Shown here piece after piece: positions 1-13,629 of a stretch of DNA of 42,311 nucleotides. The stretch is from Octopus bimaculoides. Taxonomy: Eukaryota. Each line of letters begins with the position of its first letter. The first letter of the stretch is position 1. The stretch lies in NCBI RefSeq assembly GCF_001194135.2, contig NC_068982.1, forward strand, positions 118,706,121 through 118,748,431, given 5' to 3'. The notes under the pieces are model-generated. The model searched no databases. It saw only the letters and a program-made list of their open reading frames with translations, and was not told where the DNA came from. The position numbers and the translations under genes are program-made.

Positions 1-719
1 TATATATATATATATATATCTATTTCTGTATACCTCCAACTATCTGCTTGTGTCTCTCTTTCTTTCCCTACCTATATATCTAGCTAGCTAGATCTCATTC
101 AATCAATAATACCTAAATTCATATACTTGCGCACGGGAGGCGTTATTCATCTACTGACAGTCCTCTACATATATACTGAAATATGTTTATGAATGTCATT
201 CTATTTATACTAAAATTTGCTCCTTTCTAACACTTCATATTATCAACCACACAAACCACCGATTCCACTATGAGTACAAAACGCATTTTAAAATATTATG
301 TTACGTTTACCTTAACTTATTTTTACATATTTATAAATTCTTTTTCCATATTTACACTGAAATGTCCTTCCTTTTATTTTTCATTTAATATGCATTCAAC
401 ACTGAATATTAAATAAAAGCTCTAGCTATCCCATAACACTGAAAAATTCACGTGTTTCTTCCAAAACAATTCAAAATTTCCTACCTCAATTTATTTGTTT
501 ATTTTAATTCTCAAAACACTTTTAAAGAATATCATGCATTTTCATATCTCTCTGTATCCATTTGCTTGAAAATTTGATTTATTTGATTAATTAATTTATA
601 GATTATTTATTTCCTGACTATTCATCTATTCTGTTACGTTCTACCCTCAACATTTCCTGTAATATTTTATCCCCACTTTTCACTATCATGTAAAATTCAA
701 GCTTTATCTCTGTGAGAAC

Positions 720-1866
720 TTGACGAAACAGACGTATAAATGGCCAATTTACAGTTTTCTTGGAAACCTCAACGTCAATGTCTATGTTAAAATGACGCTT
801 CTTACATGTCAGTCTTGTGGTCGTGGTTTTAACACTATGCTTATATCATATGAAACACATACTTTTACAATGAAGCAACCTCGGCAGCAGAGGAAAGTGC
901 CTATAACTATTTTGCCCAAGGTTGCGAGCAGAGAAACATCAGTAACATTACGATAGTTAATGAACATGGGGAGAATTATGAAATACAATCTGATGCAAAT
1001 CTCACTCCAATGAGCTTTGAAAAATTATAAGTGACACAAGATAAAAAATTCTCTAGTTCCCATAGGCGTGGAGACTTGTCACGAAAGACGCAAGCCACAG
1101 AAGGAATAAATCATCAAAATCTTTGCATGGGCTACCGATAACTTTATAGCATTCCGCTTCGAATGCTGCTTTTATGCGATTCAAAAGTAAGAGATCCACA
1201 CTAAATACCTGCAGTACAAAATACACAAAACATTGACGGACAACAAATATGGTTTGGGCAAGACTAAAACTGGAGAGGTCAAACACATTATTACCGGTTG
1301 CCATGAGGGATACTATCAGGAAAATACCCTCCTCTGCAGAAAAAATCCGAAATGTATTAAATAAAAAAAAAAGAAATAGCAGCACATAAAGACAACTAGA
1401 CTTCAAGTAATTGGTCAAAAGAATATTGGTGAAATTATAAAATCAAAGCAGTCACTAAACTAAAACACAACCAGCCAGATATTGTTGAGCTGAATCACAA
1501 GAAATAAGCATGATCTAATGTGGATCTTAGCTTCTCTCTGGCCACAGATGTTTGAGCTTGACATCTTAGAGAGGGAATAGTACAAGCGATCACGATATTT
1601 GGGAAAACAGATATCTACGTGATCTTCATATCGTTTAAAGACAGCTGTATCTTATACATGCTATCACAATCTTCCTACTAACCACGTGACTAGTCAAAAT
1701 AATTCTAAATAAAAAATAGAAAAAAAAAACATACATGACTAACCGTGGGCATATGTAAAAATATATGGAAAGGGTACAGAAAAAGAAAGTAGGAGTGGTG
1801 ACCTCATATTCATGAACATAAAGTTAGACGCGGCATAATGCGACCTACTACTACCAAGATACTACC
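720..1866 (+). mobile_element. Degenerate R4/Dong-type (REL endonuclease) non-LTR retrotransposon, 3' portion
   Basis: Manual translation across stops and frameshifts gives CQSCGRGF (cf. GGRGL post-RT motif), then FECCFYAIQK*EIHTKYLQ, DNKYGLGKTKTGEVKHIITGC (decayed CCHC knuckle) and KLKHNQPDIV (cf. REL RPD motif), in the expected order. It ends in a short ctactacta tail. Confidence 0.7.
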
Positions 1867-2312
1867 AATATATAATATATATATATAATACAGAAATTGC
1901 CTTATAAAAACAAGCAATTCTCGTTTTATTTGAATATCTTACTTAGTTGTATTTGTCATTATCGATTCTTGTTGAGTATCTTGGACTGCATTGTCCCTGC
2001 TTGTTGGACAATAAAAACAGAATCATAATGCTAGAAGAGTTTATTATCCATGTTTTATATACATAGAACCACTATTCATAAATCACTATATATTGTTATG
2101 AATATTGAAATTTGTGTATTTATAAACATATACGTTTGTGCATTGTGTGGGGGTATAAGAGTGCGTGAAATAGTACAATAATAGTCGGAATGCCTGATAC
2201 TATTTATTTAATACACCTACGGAAAAAGAACCGAAACTCATACATACACATATACAAACATATATATGTATGTCTGCACTTATAATATATTTCTCATTCT
2301 GAATTTATTACT

Positions 2313-2318
<6 letters not shown>

Positions 2319-2362
<44 letters not shown>

Positions 2363-2372
2363 CTATCTATCC

Positions 2373-2403
<31 letters not shown>
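2319..2403. repeat. Compound microsatellite (CT)n-(CTAT)n-(AT)n running into an N gap
   Basis: Directly visible in the sequence. Confidence 0.95.
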
Positions 2404-2616
2404 NNNNNNNNNNNNNNNNNNNNNNNNNNNNNNNNNNNNNNNNNNNNNNNNNNNNNNNNNNNNNNNNNNNNNNNNNNNNNNNNNNNNNNNNNNNNNNNNN
2501 NNNNNNNNNNNNNNNNNNNNNNNNNNNNNNNNNNNNNNNNNNNNNNNNNNNNNNNNNNNNNNNNNNNNNNNNNNNNNNNNNNNNNNNNNNNNNNNNNNNN
2601 NNNNNNNNNNNNNNNN
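2404..2616. other. Assembly gap (N run). Others at 21894-22839, 27798-28091, 30241-31004, 31531-32012, 34824-35812, 41328-41909
   Basis: Runs of n, each adjacent to simple repeats on at least one side. Confidence 1.
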
Positions 2617-2625
2617 ATATATATT

Positions 2626-2661
<36 letters not shown>

Positions 2662-2694
2662 CATATATATAAATATGTATACATATATATATAC

Positions 2695-2738
<44 letters not shown>

Positions 2739-2837
2739 ATGTCTCTCATTAAATATGTGTGTATGTGTGTTGCATATAAAGGTTTGTTATTTAGTTGATA
2801 ATGTGTGTTTAGTTATTGAACCAAATATATGTTTCCC

Positions 2838-2874
<37 letters not shown>

Positions 2875-5800
2875 TGAACGGCTATTAAGATGTGATTATT
2901 CTTGTAATATATCTTCATATAAGTCATAAGAACAGTGATTCATAAATTTGAATTCATATTGAAACTTTTAATAATTTTGTGGTTTGTCTAAAAATGCGAA
3001 ATATAGCTCTAATTTGGTTTTCTATATATTGAAAATTGTAAGTGGTGCTCAGAAAAAGTGTTTTACTGGTCGAATTTTGTTGTAAATCATAAAATGAAAT
3101 ATTGTTATAGAATGATCTTTATATAACATTTATTGAAAGGGTATTAAAGAACACCAATATACTAAACTAGTAGCAGCCTAGATATGTAGTTAGAAGTACT
3201 TCAATTTACTCACCGATAAACAAAAGAATATATATGAATAAGTCAATGGCATCTATTCGTGCTATGAAATTTTGTAAATGAGGTAGTAGTTGTGTGTGTA
3301 TGCAAGTTTGTGTTCCTCGGTGTGTATATGCATGTGTGTGTAAACCTGTGTTCATCTGCCTCACTCTTGACTGAGCAGACTTATAGTGAATCACATTACA
3401 TTCTAAGGAGCACGTTAAGCCAATAAAGACTGTAGGGTTTCAACAAATATTTGACGGATTTTCACAGCAGTTGCATTACATTGGATTACTATTTTTGTAT
3501 TGTATTTTGAAACCATTTTTGTTTCTGTTTAAACTTAGGTCTGATCTCCTCGAATAATCCTATGATCCTCAAGCAGATTACAAAACTGTACCTCTATGAG
3601 AGTTATAGCGTCTGCTTTGTGCCGATTTATTCTTCTTTTATAAAACATGTTATTAAGAGACAGTCTAAAAGGGTCTTCATTACTTGTTTTGTCATATGTA
3701 GTATTAGTTTACTGTGTCTATTTAACCATTTTAAAGATGCTAGAATAAGGTTTCATGAAGCTTTCACAGTATTTCTTTCGCACTAAAACAGATCACATAA
3801 TGATTTCTCATATGACACGTGAATCCTGAGGCCATTTATGTGTGAGTAAAATAGATTCCTACCTAGTTTGTTCATAAGTATATGTACGTATTGCTGTATT
3901 CTAGACTGCGCATATATATTTAATAAGAAATATTTGTGTTGTTGAAATAGGTATTTTTTCTTCTCATTAATAAATTGACGGCATAGGTTAAGAAAATAAT
4001 ACTAATCAAGTATATGCAACAACAAAAACTACCGTTTCTTCCTATCGAATTTTATCTACTGAGATTTATCTACAAGGTTAAACTCGTCGGTCATTGTGAT
4101 AAATAAGAACCTGACATCCTAGTGTCTTACAAAAATGACTCACAGCATAATATAGTCAAAAGTATACAAATGGTGAAAAACGAGTGATTTAAATTTGGGC
4201 ATACAAATTCTAATCGAAATTCAATTAACATAAAGCTTTACCTCATTCAGAAACATCTAACACATTGCATCTATTTTCCCCTGTAAATATAGCTGGTGCC
4301 GTTTTTGACACTATATTCAACTCAGCACATCGGGTTAATGGATTTTACAATTCATGTTCGCTGTTTTGCTAAACCAGACCAACACTATTTACGACCGATT
4401 CCAAATTTAATCATTTGTTTTATCACATTTCTATTTGTAAACCAAATAATTGCTTTTATCTTCTTAAAGGATTGGTTGGTTCAACAACTTCAAAGATATT
4501 CTGATACAAAAACTTTTTGGTTTGTTATCGATGCGTTGTCAGTTAGCGGATTTGTGAATTATTTGACAGTCCTCTTCTGTTTGGTACATTTTCTCAGTAG
4601 CTTGAGTTTTTCTGTGGTATTATTTGTCATAAGATAGGTTGCTGTTATTTTTATCGTTTTAGCTTCTCGTCAAAATCAGTAGATCAACCTCAGAACCAGT
4701 GGCGTAAGGCAATTAAGACGATATTTTAGCGGTTTCTAGGACAGCATTATCTAAAGAGCCCCATGTTTAGGCTAATGGTGTCTAATCGGGGGGATTTAAG
4801 CCAGCTATATATAACTGGTGAAGTGACGCCAAATTGGTTCACTATTCGCTCTAAATTGCTTTTTACTTACACGATTTTATACAGCTGTTTTAAGTTAAGG
4901 GAATGAAACTCAGAGAAACAATTTCACGTATTTGGGTGATAGCATGTGACGATATGATGATCTTAAATAAAGTAGGGAGCTGTGTAAGGTTGCTGTCGCT
5001 CCTCAGCTGCATAAACTATTATAATTACAGTTGATTGAATGATGCTATCGTGTCATTGTTGACATCACTATAATGATAACGGATATGTGAAGCTGAAAAA
5101 GCCGAGCCAGTCATTATATCTGAAATAAAATTATAGGCAAAGACAAATAATATCTCGTACAGATAGAGGCAGAAATGAATTCAAAATGATTGGTACATCA
5201 AGAGATAAATATGTAGTAACACATATAAGTATATGCATGAAGACTAAAATGATTAGGTAGTTTGATACATATGCGAATGTGTGTGCGCTGACTGTCAGAC
5301 ATTGATACCTATGTCTCTACTGATCCTTCTTAGGTGTTTAGACTATTCGTAGTGCTTAAATTGCCTTTTGTGTGTGTGTTAACGTGTTTGTATGTTTGAT
5401 TGTGCGTTCTTGAGCGTGTGCATATGCGTATATTTAATGACAGGTTTACGTTGAAGTTTTATCTTTTCAAAACTTTTTCATATTTCACTACTGTCGAACT
5501 GTGTAAGCTTCGAACCACAGCATTGCTAATGATTAAGCTCATTGAGATTTCAAGAGTTATCCGCTACCATCATCAGAAAAAAGAAACGGAAATATTGTCA
5601 TATATCACGCAAGTTACAGAAGTCTATTAATCACAAGGAGAATATTGTTACAACTAATAAAATCGTCACACTTTGATTAAAAAATGTGAATATAAGAAAT
5701 TCGTAGAGGTTTCTGAAAGTATTTTAGCTGTGTGATTTTCCTCTTTTCTCTATTAATTGTTTCACTCGTTGGACTGCGGCCATATTGGGGCAACGCATTG

Positions 5801-5929
5801 GAGGGTTTATTGGAATAAATCGATTCAAGAGCTTAAATGTAAAATTCGTACCTATATTGTGTGTCTCTTTTGCCAGTTCGCCAAGTTACGAAACTAGCCA
5901 ACACCGGCAGTCAAGCGGTGGGGAAGAAC

Positions 5930-6130
5930 ACAAACACACAAATACGCACGCATATAATGCACTATATATATATATGCATATACACACATACACACAGGCA
6001 TGTACACAAACTCACACACATGCGCGCGCACACACAAACACAAACACACACACACACACACACACGCAAACACACACACACACACACACATACACACACA
6101 CACACAAGAACACGCACAAACCCACACACA
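5930..6130. repeat. Imperfect (CA)n-rich microsatellite
   Basis: Directly visible. It explains the HT/CV-repeat ORFs in the track. Confidence 0.95.
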
Positions 6131-6334
6131 GAGGAGAGGACACTTGTCCAAATGCCAGCAATGGGAATAAACGTGGGACAATGTTAATTGGAATCAAGCT
6201 TCGTCTATTATTATTTTCATTTCTTTTCTTGTGAAAATCTGTATAGAGTCGCATTGCTGTCAACTAATGTTTCAAACGCATTATATTTCATGTTTGTTAT
6301 TATACAGAATTTTACTGCTCATCAAAACAATAAA

Positions 6335-6716
6335 TATGCAAGAGCATTCAGAGAGCGCAAACCTCCGTCAGGGCAACACCATCGTCCTCTCAACGACTAA
6401 CTGGAGATTATTTTAAAAATGAGAATATCTGAAATAAGCTCGACTGCTCTCACAAACGAAATTTCTAAAAATGACCTCGACCGCTCTCAAAAATTAAGTT
6501 AAAAGAAAAACGGAAAAATAAATCCAGAATCCTTGTTCAGTACCAGATTGATCCCAAAATCTTATCAAATCGTGCCAGTCACGAGGTCAAACATCCCTGA
6601 AAGTTTTATCCGAGTTCATTCAGGGGTTCTTGAGATATCTTGTCCACGGACAAACACAATATAAACAAACACAACTGAAAACAATAATTCCACCTTCGCT
6701 AAGGCGGATGTAATAA
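6335..6716 (-). mobile_element. Non-autonomous Helentron-associated element (HINE/DINE-1-like)
   Basis: On the - strand it starts ttacatccgcc-ttagcgaa-ggtgg (short hairpin), continues with a gtttgtttatattgtgtttgtccgtggacaagatatctcaagaa body and ends gacggaggtttgcgctctctgaatgctcttg. This matches the subTIR plus hairpin architecture of DINE-1-like elements. Confidence 0.6.
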
Positions 6717-7017
6717 ATAAAAGTAACAACTGATCTGTTATCAGTAACTGAGCTATCTTGTATCGAATTTTTTTTCACTTTATATCTTTAAATATATTTA
6801 CTGAGACTTCGCTGAGATTTCTATTGGAATTCTTCCAGAATATCCAGAGAAAAGAGGCAAAACACTTTTATTCATTACTTCGCATTTCCTTCCTTAACCA
6901 AACACGTGCTACTCTTTTGGTAATCATAGAACCTGACATTTCTCATTCAATTTCTCTCGATTATTCAATGTAGGGAAAGTAATTTTATCTATTACGTCCG
7001 ATTTCCCCTTTTAACAG

Positions 7018-7078
7018 CTCTTGCAGCGCTTCTGTTACCATCGCGTGACCAGAACTGACAAATCTGAACTAGGCTTAG
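7018..7078 (+). CDS. Candidate internal exon of an unidentified host gene (LLQRFCYHRVTRTDKSELGL + G, phase 0 to 1)
   Basis: Acceptor atttccccttttaacag, open frame, donor TTAG|gtaaca. An alternative in-frame acceptor lies at 7027. Phase-compatible with 8512-8576. Confidence 0.4.
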
Positions 7079-7406
7079 GTAACAACTTCGGAACTCGTGG
7101 CTGCCTCGATGCTTAGAACAGTAATATGGTAAATATCTGACCATTACGTCTGCGAAGAGGAGTATCAAAGAATTGTTATTCAGCATTTATGACTTTCAAA
7201 AACCTAGGAATAATACCAACCACATGAAATTTATATATAGCACTACAAAATAGCAGTCAAAACCTAACTCTAAAACCACAATAAATGTTCATATAGCACC
7301 AGGAGAGAAGACGAAGAGACACAATCAACTAGCAAAAATTACTGGATAATTCCAGATCCCGGATTTCTGGCTCTGCATAAGAAATGCTTTGCTTCATCAG
7401 TGGAAT

Positions 7407-7422
7407 ATACTCAGAAAAGCGC

Positions 7423-7472
<50 letters not shown>
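7407..7472. repeat. (TA)n microsatellite
   Basis: Directly visible. Confidence 0.95.
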
Positions 7473-7477
<5 letters not shown>

Positions 7478-8511
7478 ACATACGATATACTTACATATGT
7501 GAACGTATACATACATATATATGCACGTATGCACATGACCAGTTTGAATTGCCCGCTTAAAAATTCCTCTTAGATACCCTAAATTATAATTTATAATGAT
7601 TATTACCTTTGATGGTTTTTAATCCCATGCTGGCCACTTGATAGAATCGGTATTTAAATATCGATCTTATCCTTATATATATATATAAACGTTGCAAAAC
7701 AGATTTTAATGCTCAGCTTTACATCGAGCATACTAAAGATGACCCTTTACTCATTAATTTGGATTGCCTAATACACTATTTATTAGGCAGTATACATCTT
7801 TGCTATCTTCTCTATCATTCACAAAAGTCAAACAGTTAAAAGGTTCTTTAAAATACTTGCAGATATATGTAGCTACTCATACAAATTCACACATATATAT
7901 TACAATAACAAAAAAATCCACACATGTTTTATACGTATTCATATATGCAGGTGTGCATCACAGACATCAATAGATGTATATGTGTATGTATGTGCGTGTG
8001 TGTGTGTGTGTATGTGTGAGCGTGCGTGAGCCATTATATCCAACGCTCTAATGATCCTGCCCACTTTAACAAACATATGTGTGTGCATAGATATGTGCGC
8101 GTATGCTTTGTTTGTAGAAGTATATATTTATGTATAATTATGCATGTGCATGATCGTGAGGTTTTAAGATGATGTGTATATATATACATACATATATAGG
8201 CGATTGCGTATCAATCAAAAGAGCTTAATTACTGCTCTTGAAGCTATAGATTTAAGTAACAATTAAAACAGTAAAAGAAATAATGATATTGCTGATATTG
8301 CCTAAATATAGCATGTTTCTTATTTGTGTACATTGTGAAGCATGTCTACGCAAATTCAACGTAACTATATTTGTATTGTGAGACAAAATATGTATTTGCT
8401 AACACCATAGCCAGACACACACACACACACACATACACGCACACGCACTAACACACACCCGCAGACACACACGCATACACATTTATCTGCTACTCTTTAT
8501 CTTTTTCTCAG

Positions 8512-8576
8512 GTTGCTTGATTGCAGCTGTATTTGAAAAAGAAAAGTTTGTGGTTCAAAGGCTGGTTTGTCAGAAC
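8512..8576 (+). CDS. Candidate internal exon (G)CLIAAVFEKEKFVVQRLVCQN, phase 1 to 0
   Basis: Strong pyrimidine tract tactctttatctttttctcag, an open frame of protein-like composition, donor AAC|gtatga. Confidence 0.5.
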
Positions 8577-9766
8577 GTATGAGTAAATAATGAGCCATTA
8601 CACAATAGCCAGAAACATTTCAAGCTACAATGATATTTTATTGCACATCAAGAGGTACGGGATAGGCAGTTGGCTTTACATAAATTGAACAAAGGTTGAG
8701 AAATGAAAAATCTAGAAATTATATTTGTGTATCTGATTTGGATCTATTCGTATATTTGATATTTTCGTGCTGCTATTTCCGTATATAAAATACAATGCAC
8801 TTATGGAACACTTACAATACCGTGTAGTTGAAGTGAGCAATTATATCAACCGTTCATAACTTCGCTATTCTTATATCTTGATATGTATCAATCATTTCGT
8901 ATGTGTATTTGTCTGAGTGTCATTGGCTCTCATATTAGAATCACGAATTTATGCACAAAAATTAGCAGTCTATCTTTCTGTACATAAACATATGTACATA
9001 CGTTCGTACACACATATATACACACAAAAACGCCCATATATACTCACATATGTTTGATAAAGTGGGCAGGATCATTAGAGCGTCGAATATAATGCCTCAC
9101 GTTGTAATTCTACTATCTGTCTGCGCTGTGTTCAAATCTCACCGAGATCCATTTTGCCTTTTATCTTTTTTGGTGGTTGATAAATAAAATATCAGTCAGA
9201 GTGCATTACATATATAAGATTGGAGTGGAATACATGAGGAAGTTACAGAAATTGTCGTTAGACAGTAGAGTTGGTTGCGTCTATAGAAGTAATGTTTTTT
9301 TAACTAAACATGCGCTACTATTTTGCAAAAAATTGCACTTAGCAAGCATCGATTCAAGACTACAAGTAAATCAATGGAAGACAGCATTGTGAATGTGCAG
9401 CTTAGCCGGCTATCATCCACTGATGAACAGTGATGGCTCCACGTTCATGGGCAAATGAACATCTGTGTTCACTATGTTTTCCAAGTTTATTCCTACTCAG
9501 TGACCATAATCTTAATTATCCAACAAAATATTTTACGATATAAATCTGAGCACGCTCAGGCAGGTGGCTTTTATGAAGTACACTAGCAATGGATTTGGAA
9601 AGGAAACGTATTATCCGTGGCACTCATCTTAATACACTACTTGGAGACACTGTGTACTCATCTACGACTCTTCTAGTCTGCTGAAAATCGAAGACCCATT
9701 TGATTAAGGATGGGCAGCTACTATCGGACTGAGGTATATGAGCCCGTACAATATTAATGCAGTAAA

Positions 9767-9983
9767 TGCGGTTAGCCAGCAGAAACGTTAGCACGCCGCG
9801 CGAAATGTTTGGCGGTATTTCGTCTGTATTTACGTTCTGAGTTCAAATTCCACCGAAATCGACTTTGCCATTCATCCTTTCATGGTCGATAAATTAAGTA
9901 CCAGTTACGTACTGGGGTTGATCTAATCAACTGTCCTTCTTGCCCAAAATTTCGCGCTTGTGCCTTGAGTAGAAAAGAATATT
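9767..9983 (+). mobile_element. tRNA-derived SINE, near full length
   Basis: B-box-like gttcaaattcc and a core gactttgc..ttcatcct..ggtcgataaa.taagtaccag shared with the copies at 12949 and 19873. Confidence 0.85.
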
Positions 9984-12948
9984 AATGTAACATACACAGT
10001 GGCATTAATTAGATATAGAGGCGACTTAATACAGTTATTGATTTCAAGATTAGCATTGTAAGCACAAATTATCAAAAATCGTCGGTTTCATTGGTACCAG
10101 CACAAAAATTGTCAATGATAAACGAATGCACATAAATTATGATCTGAAATCCACTCCCAACATATTAAGAAATTATTTCGACTTAGAAACAAAAGAATAT
10201 ACAATATGTGGTCACCGTTGACAAAATTGCAAAAGTTCCAATAGCACAATATAAAACATAATCACTATTCAAACATGAAAAACGATTCGGCACTTTTGAA
10301 GACGTTAGCATTGTCTGTAAATTTGACCTGTCATTGATTAAAGCACAGAATCGAGTGTGCATAGATATGATTTGGCCTAGTCGGAAAGTACTTCCCGGAT
10401 AGCAACAATTATCAGATAGTGCTTAATGTAAACAAGCTGACGTCCATAAGAAAGATGGTGATATCATCTTATTAAGTAATTCACAATGAGCGAAGAAAAA
10501 GAGTATCTAGGTAGCCGAATACAATGTTACGATTATGGAAATCTGATTGCTTAACTGCAAATACCCACGCAAAGCAATTAAAAAGGGAGGAAAATAGAGA
10601 AAATATTTATTGCATTGGAATGTACAAATAGTTTAGAATAAAATGTCATATGCCGTACGAAATTAGAAACAACACACTATTGTCAAGACACATAGAATTC
10701 AAAACCCTATCTGTGGACCATTTCCAGTTGCATAAGCAAATATCGAGTTGCTAAACTGTGAAAAATTGACGTCAGCCCAGCACTGCAGACGATATCACAT
10801 CGTAAACCAAACAAAAATTATTTAGATGTAAATATACATACGTATATACGTACATACATACCTACATGCCTACATATATATATACATACATACGTACACA
10901 TATATATGCATATAAATATACATGTATTTTTATGTGTGCCTGTAAATGTATGTGTAACGAGGGCTATTATATATGGAGTTTAACTCGTAACTGTTTCATT
11001 ATTTGTTCAACCTTACCATATTTATGATCTCTGTATCCAGCGTAATTACTTGAGATGCTAGTGCCTAATTTTTGGTATCTCTAGCAGGCCACGAGACAAT
11101 GTCTCAATTACATAAAATCTGTGTCAAGCCTGAAATATCTTCTCTTCATATTAGTTAGCTAAATGTGTTAACTAAATGAAAACCTAAATGAGTGGACTAG
11201 ATAGAAAACGCTGAGCTGAAGGACTACGATGAATTACAGATTTCACTGTCTTAAAATACTAACCGCTATAAGTTTATTCTCATAAAATAAGGCTTCATTA
11301 ACCAAACTCTATGTCTCAGAACATATATAGAATAAGAAACTAACGTATCTTCTTTACATGTTAATACCTACGTGTACCTCTGCTTAGATAGTTTGGTTTA
11401 GTGTGTTTTAAAGTGAGGATCCCTAACTTACGTTGTCTTTCCGAAATCTGTGTCTCATTAACATATCTAATCGGTTCAACGAGAAGTACCTATCGGATCA
11501 CTCGATATGCTTGAAACAGTAGACGAATTACATACAAATTTTACCCAAACGTTTTAGGTGAATATAAGCTATGGTGGTGAGTGTTTTGACCATAGGTCTA
11601 CTCATCACAATCTTAACAACAACAAAATAAAATTATATATTTCGATCGCTGTAAAAATGAAATGTGTGTAACGCTGAATTTCTTCAAAATATTGTTATGC
11701 GTCGGAACGTTATGAAATGAAAATAAAATGTTTAGCTTCTATGATACTTCATATCAATTTGATGTGTGGAGCAGAGAATTGTTATCTGCTAGTATATGTT
11801 TTAATTCAACAGAGACTATCACATACAGAAATGCCTCGACTTTCGTTCAAATAGTTTGTCTATTTATTAAACACTGATTTTTTTCACAATGATGTGTTAA
11901 TCTCTATAATATACCAGGATTTTTTACACCAACTATTGGACCTGGGCCGATAAGTCGATATCATAGGGACAGTTTAGCGGTGAAACTCTTCAATCAGTTT
12001 TGCAGTAAAACGTTTATCTTTCTACGAAGTGAATTTGTCTAGAGACGTAACAAAACTCTCTTAAGAAAATATTATTATTAGAGTCAAAACCAAGAAGTAA
12101 ACGTTAGTGAGTTTAAGCTCGATTAAGTCAATACTTTGAATATTAATGCGTCTGTCAGTAGATTATAACAATGAAACATTTTACTACCCAGTTAAAAAGT
12201 GAAGATGTGTGAGATAGCCTTAAGGAAGAACTGAATCGCTAATATTATCTTCGCAAGAAATATACTCATTAAACGACTTTTCAAGTAGTATAAGTGAGTT
12301 ATTGGAATACGACTGAAGTATTAAGTTAGATGGTGAGTATCTACCGGAAGAAAGAAGCAAGAAACGATGAACGTTTGATATATCAAAGTTCATATGAATA
12401 TTCTGGACGATTTCTCCCATTTAACGTTTATAGTCAAGAAGTTATCTTTTTGGCTCCATACGAAAATTTATAATAATAGCGAAAGTTGTGCAAGTGACAG
12501 AGATATATGCATCAGATACATAGCTTTGCTTTGCATACTGCATTTATATCTTCTGTATCGAGAGATTCCTTTCGGAACTTAAAACCTTTTTCTTTTTGTT
12601 CGCCTGAAAATATCTACCTCGATTATGCCATACAATTTCCAAGAAGTCAGATACAGTTTTGATTAGAAAACTGGGAGTTAATGAAAGACAAACATGACAA
12701 TGACCGAATATATGCATATTTATTTTTAACACGTATAGGTAAGTTCAAACGTGAAATATGCAGTGTACATTATAGGACACCTGGTTTTTTAAGACGACTG
12801 TGTGTCCAACATACATGGGTCATTGGTGCACGGTATTCTGGGGCACCGATGTTTCGACATGTGTTTTCTCAGAAGTAGTCTGAAAATTGAGCCTAAACAT
12901 GACAATATATTTATAGTTGTATTCTTAGGTCATGTTAAACTAGATCAG

Positions 12949-13130
12949 AAGGCGGCAAGCAGCTAGAATCATTAGCACGCCGGGCAAAATGCTTATCGGC
13001 ATTTCATCTGTCGCTACGTTCAAATTCCGCCGGGGTCGACTTTGCATTTCATCCTTCGGGTTGAGCACTTGGGTAGATGAAATCAACGTACTATAATTGC
13101 TGGCCTTGTGTCAACATTCCAAACCAATAT
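12949..13130 (+). mobile_element. tRNA-derived SINE, same superfamily, internally deleted
   Basis: ttagcacgccgggcaaaatgc...gttcaaattccgccggggtcgactttgcatttcatccttcggg...gctggccttgtg aligns by eye with 9767-9983. Confidence 0.85.
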
Positions 13131-13588
13131 CAAACTTGATCCTGAGATATACTATTTGTCTTTGTGAAGGATAGCATTTCGTATGTAAACAATATCATTC
13201 GTATACACATATACTAAATATTCAAAACTTTCTATAATAACTTCTTTTAGCGGGCAAAGCTCAACTTGATGGTCCTTAAATTCACAATGATAGACTTTGC
13301 AACTAAATCTGACTAGATATGTTGTCTGAGACTCTAACGATCAGCGGCCACAGTAAGAGTGATAAATGTTATAACAATGTTATGCCACAGCTACACAGTC
13401 GAGACTACGTTTCGGCTACCGTCGTTATATTAATATTAGATTAATATATGGAATTCACATTATATTCCACGCATGACTGTAAAATATACCGTAAGAAATT
13501 AATTAAAATCTCCTTAAAATTATTTAATTCTCAGCCCAAATAAATCACCACACGGAACTATTGCTAAAGAAAATGTTTACATTTTCAG

Positions 13589-13629
13589 ACCTAACTACTA
13601 CTTTTCTCTGAACAATATCACAAGCGAAT
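13589..13629 (+). CDS. Candidate 41-nt exon (xPNYYFSLNNITSEx, phase 2 to 1)
   Basis: Acceptor tttacattttcag, donor GAAT|gtaagg, only one frame open. Confidence 0.3.

Noticed and set aside
2266-2877. Long ORFs with X runs or IY/HT/CV/poly-I/poly-N tracts, here and at 21783-23142, 27447-28310, 29982-32445, 34282-36387 and 41179-41967
   Set aside because: They are translations of microsatellites and N gaps, not proteins.
3539-3786. Acceptor-like ttaaacttag followed by a 74-aa ORF
   Set aside because: No convincing donor, no phase match to the 7018 exon and no recognisable motif.
4296-4637. 113-aa hydrophobic ORF resembling a membrane protein
   Set aside because: GTG start, no splice support or family motif, and T-rich DNA readily yields F/L/I/V-rich frames.
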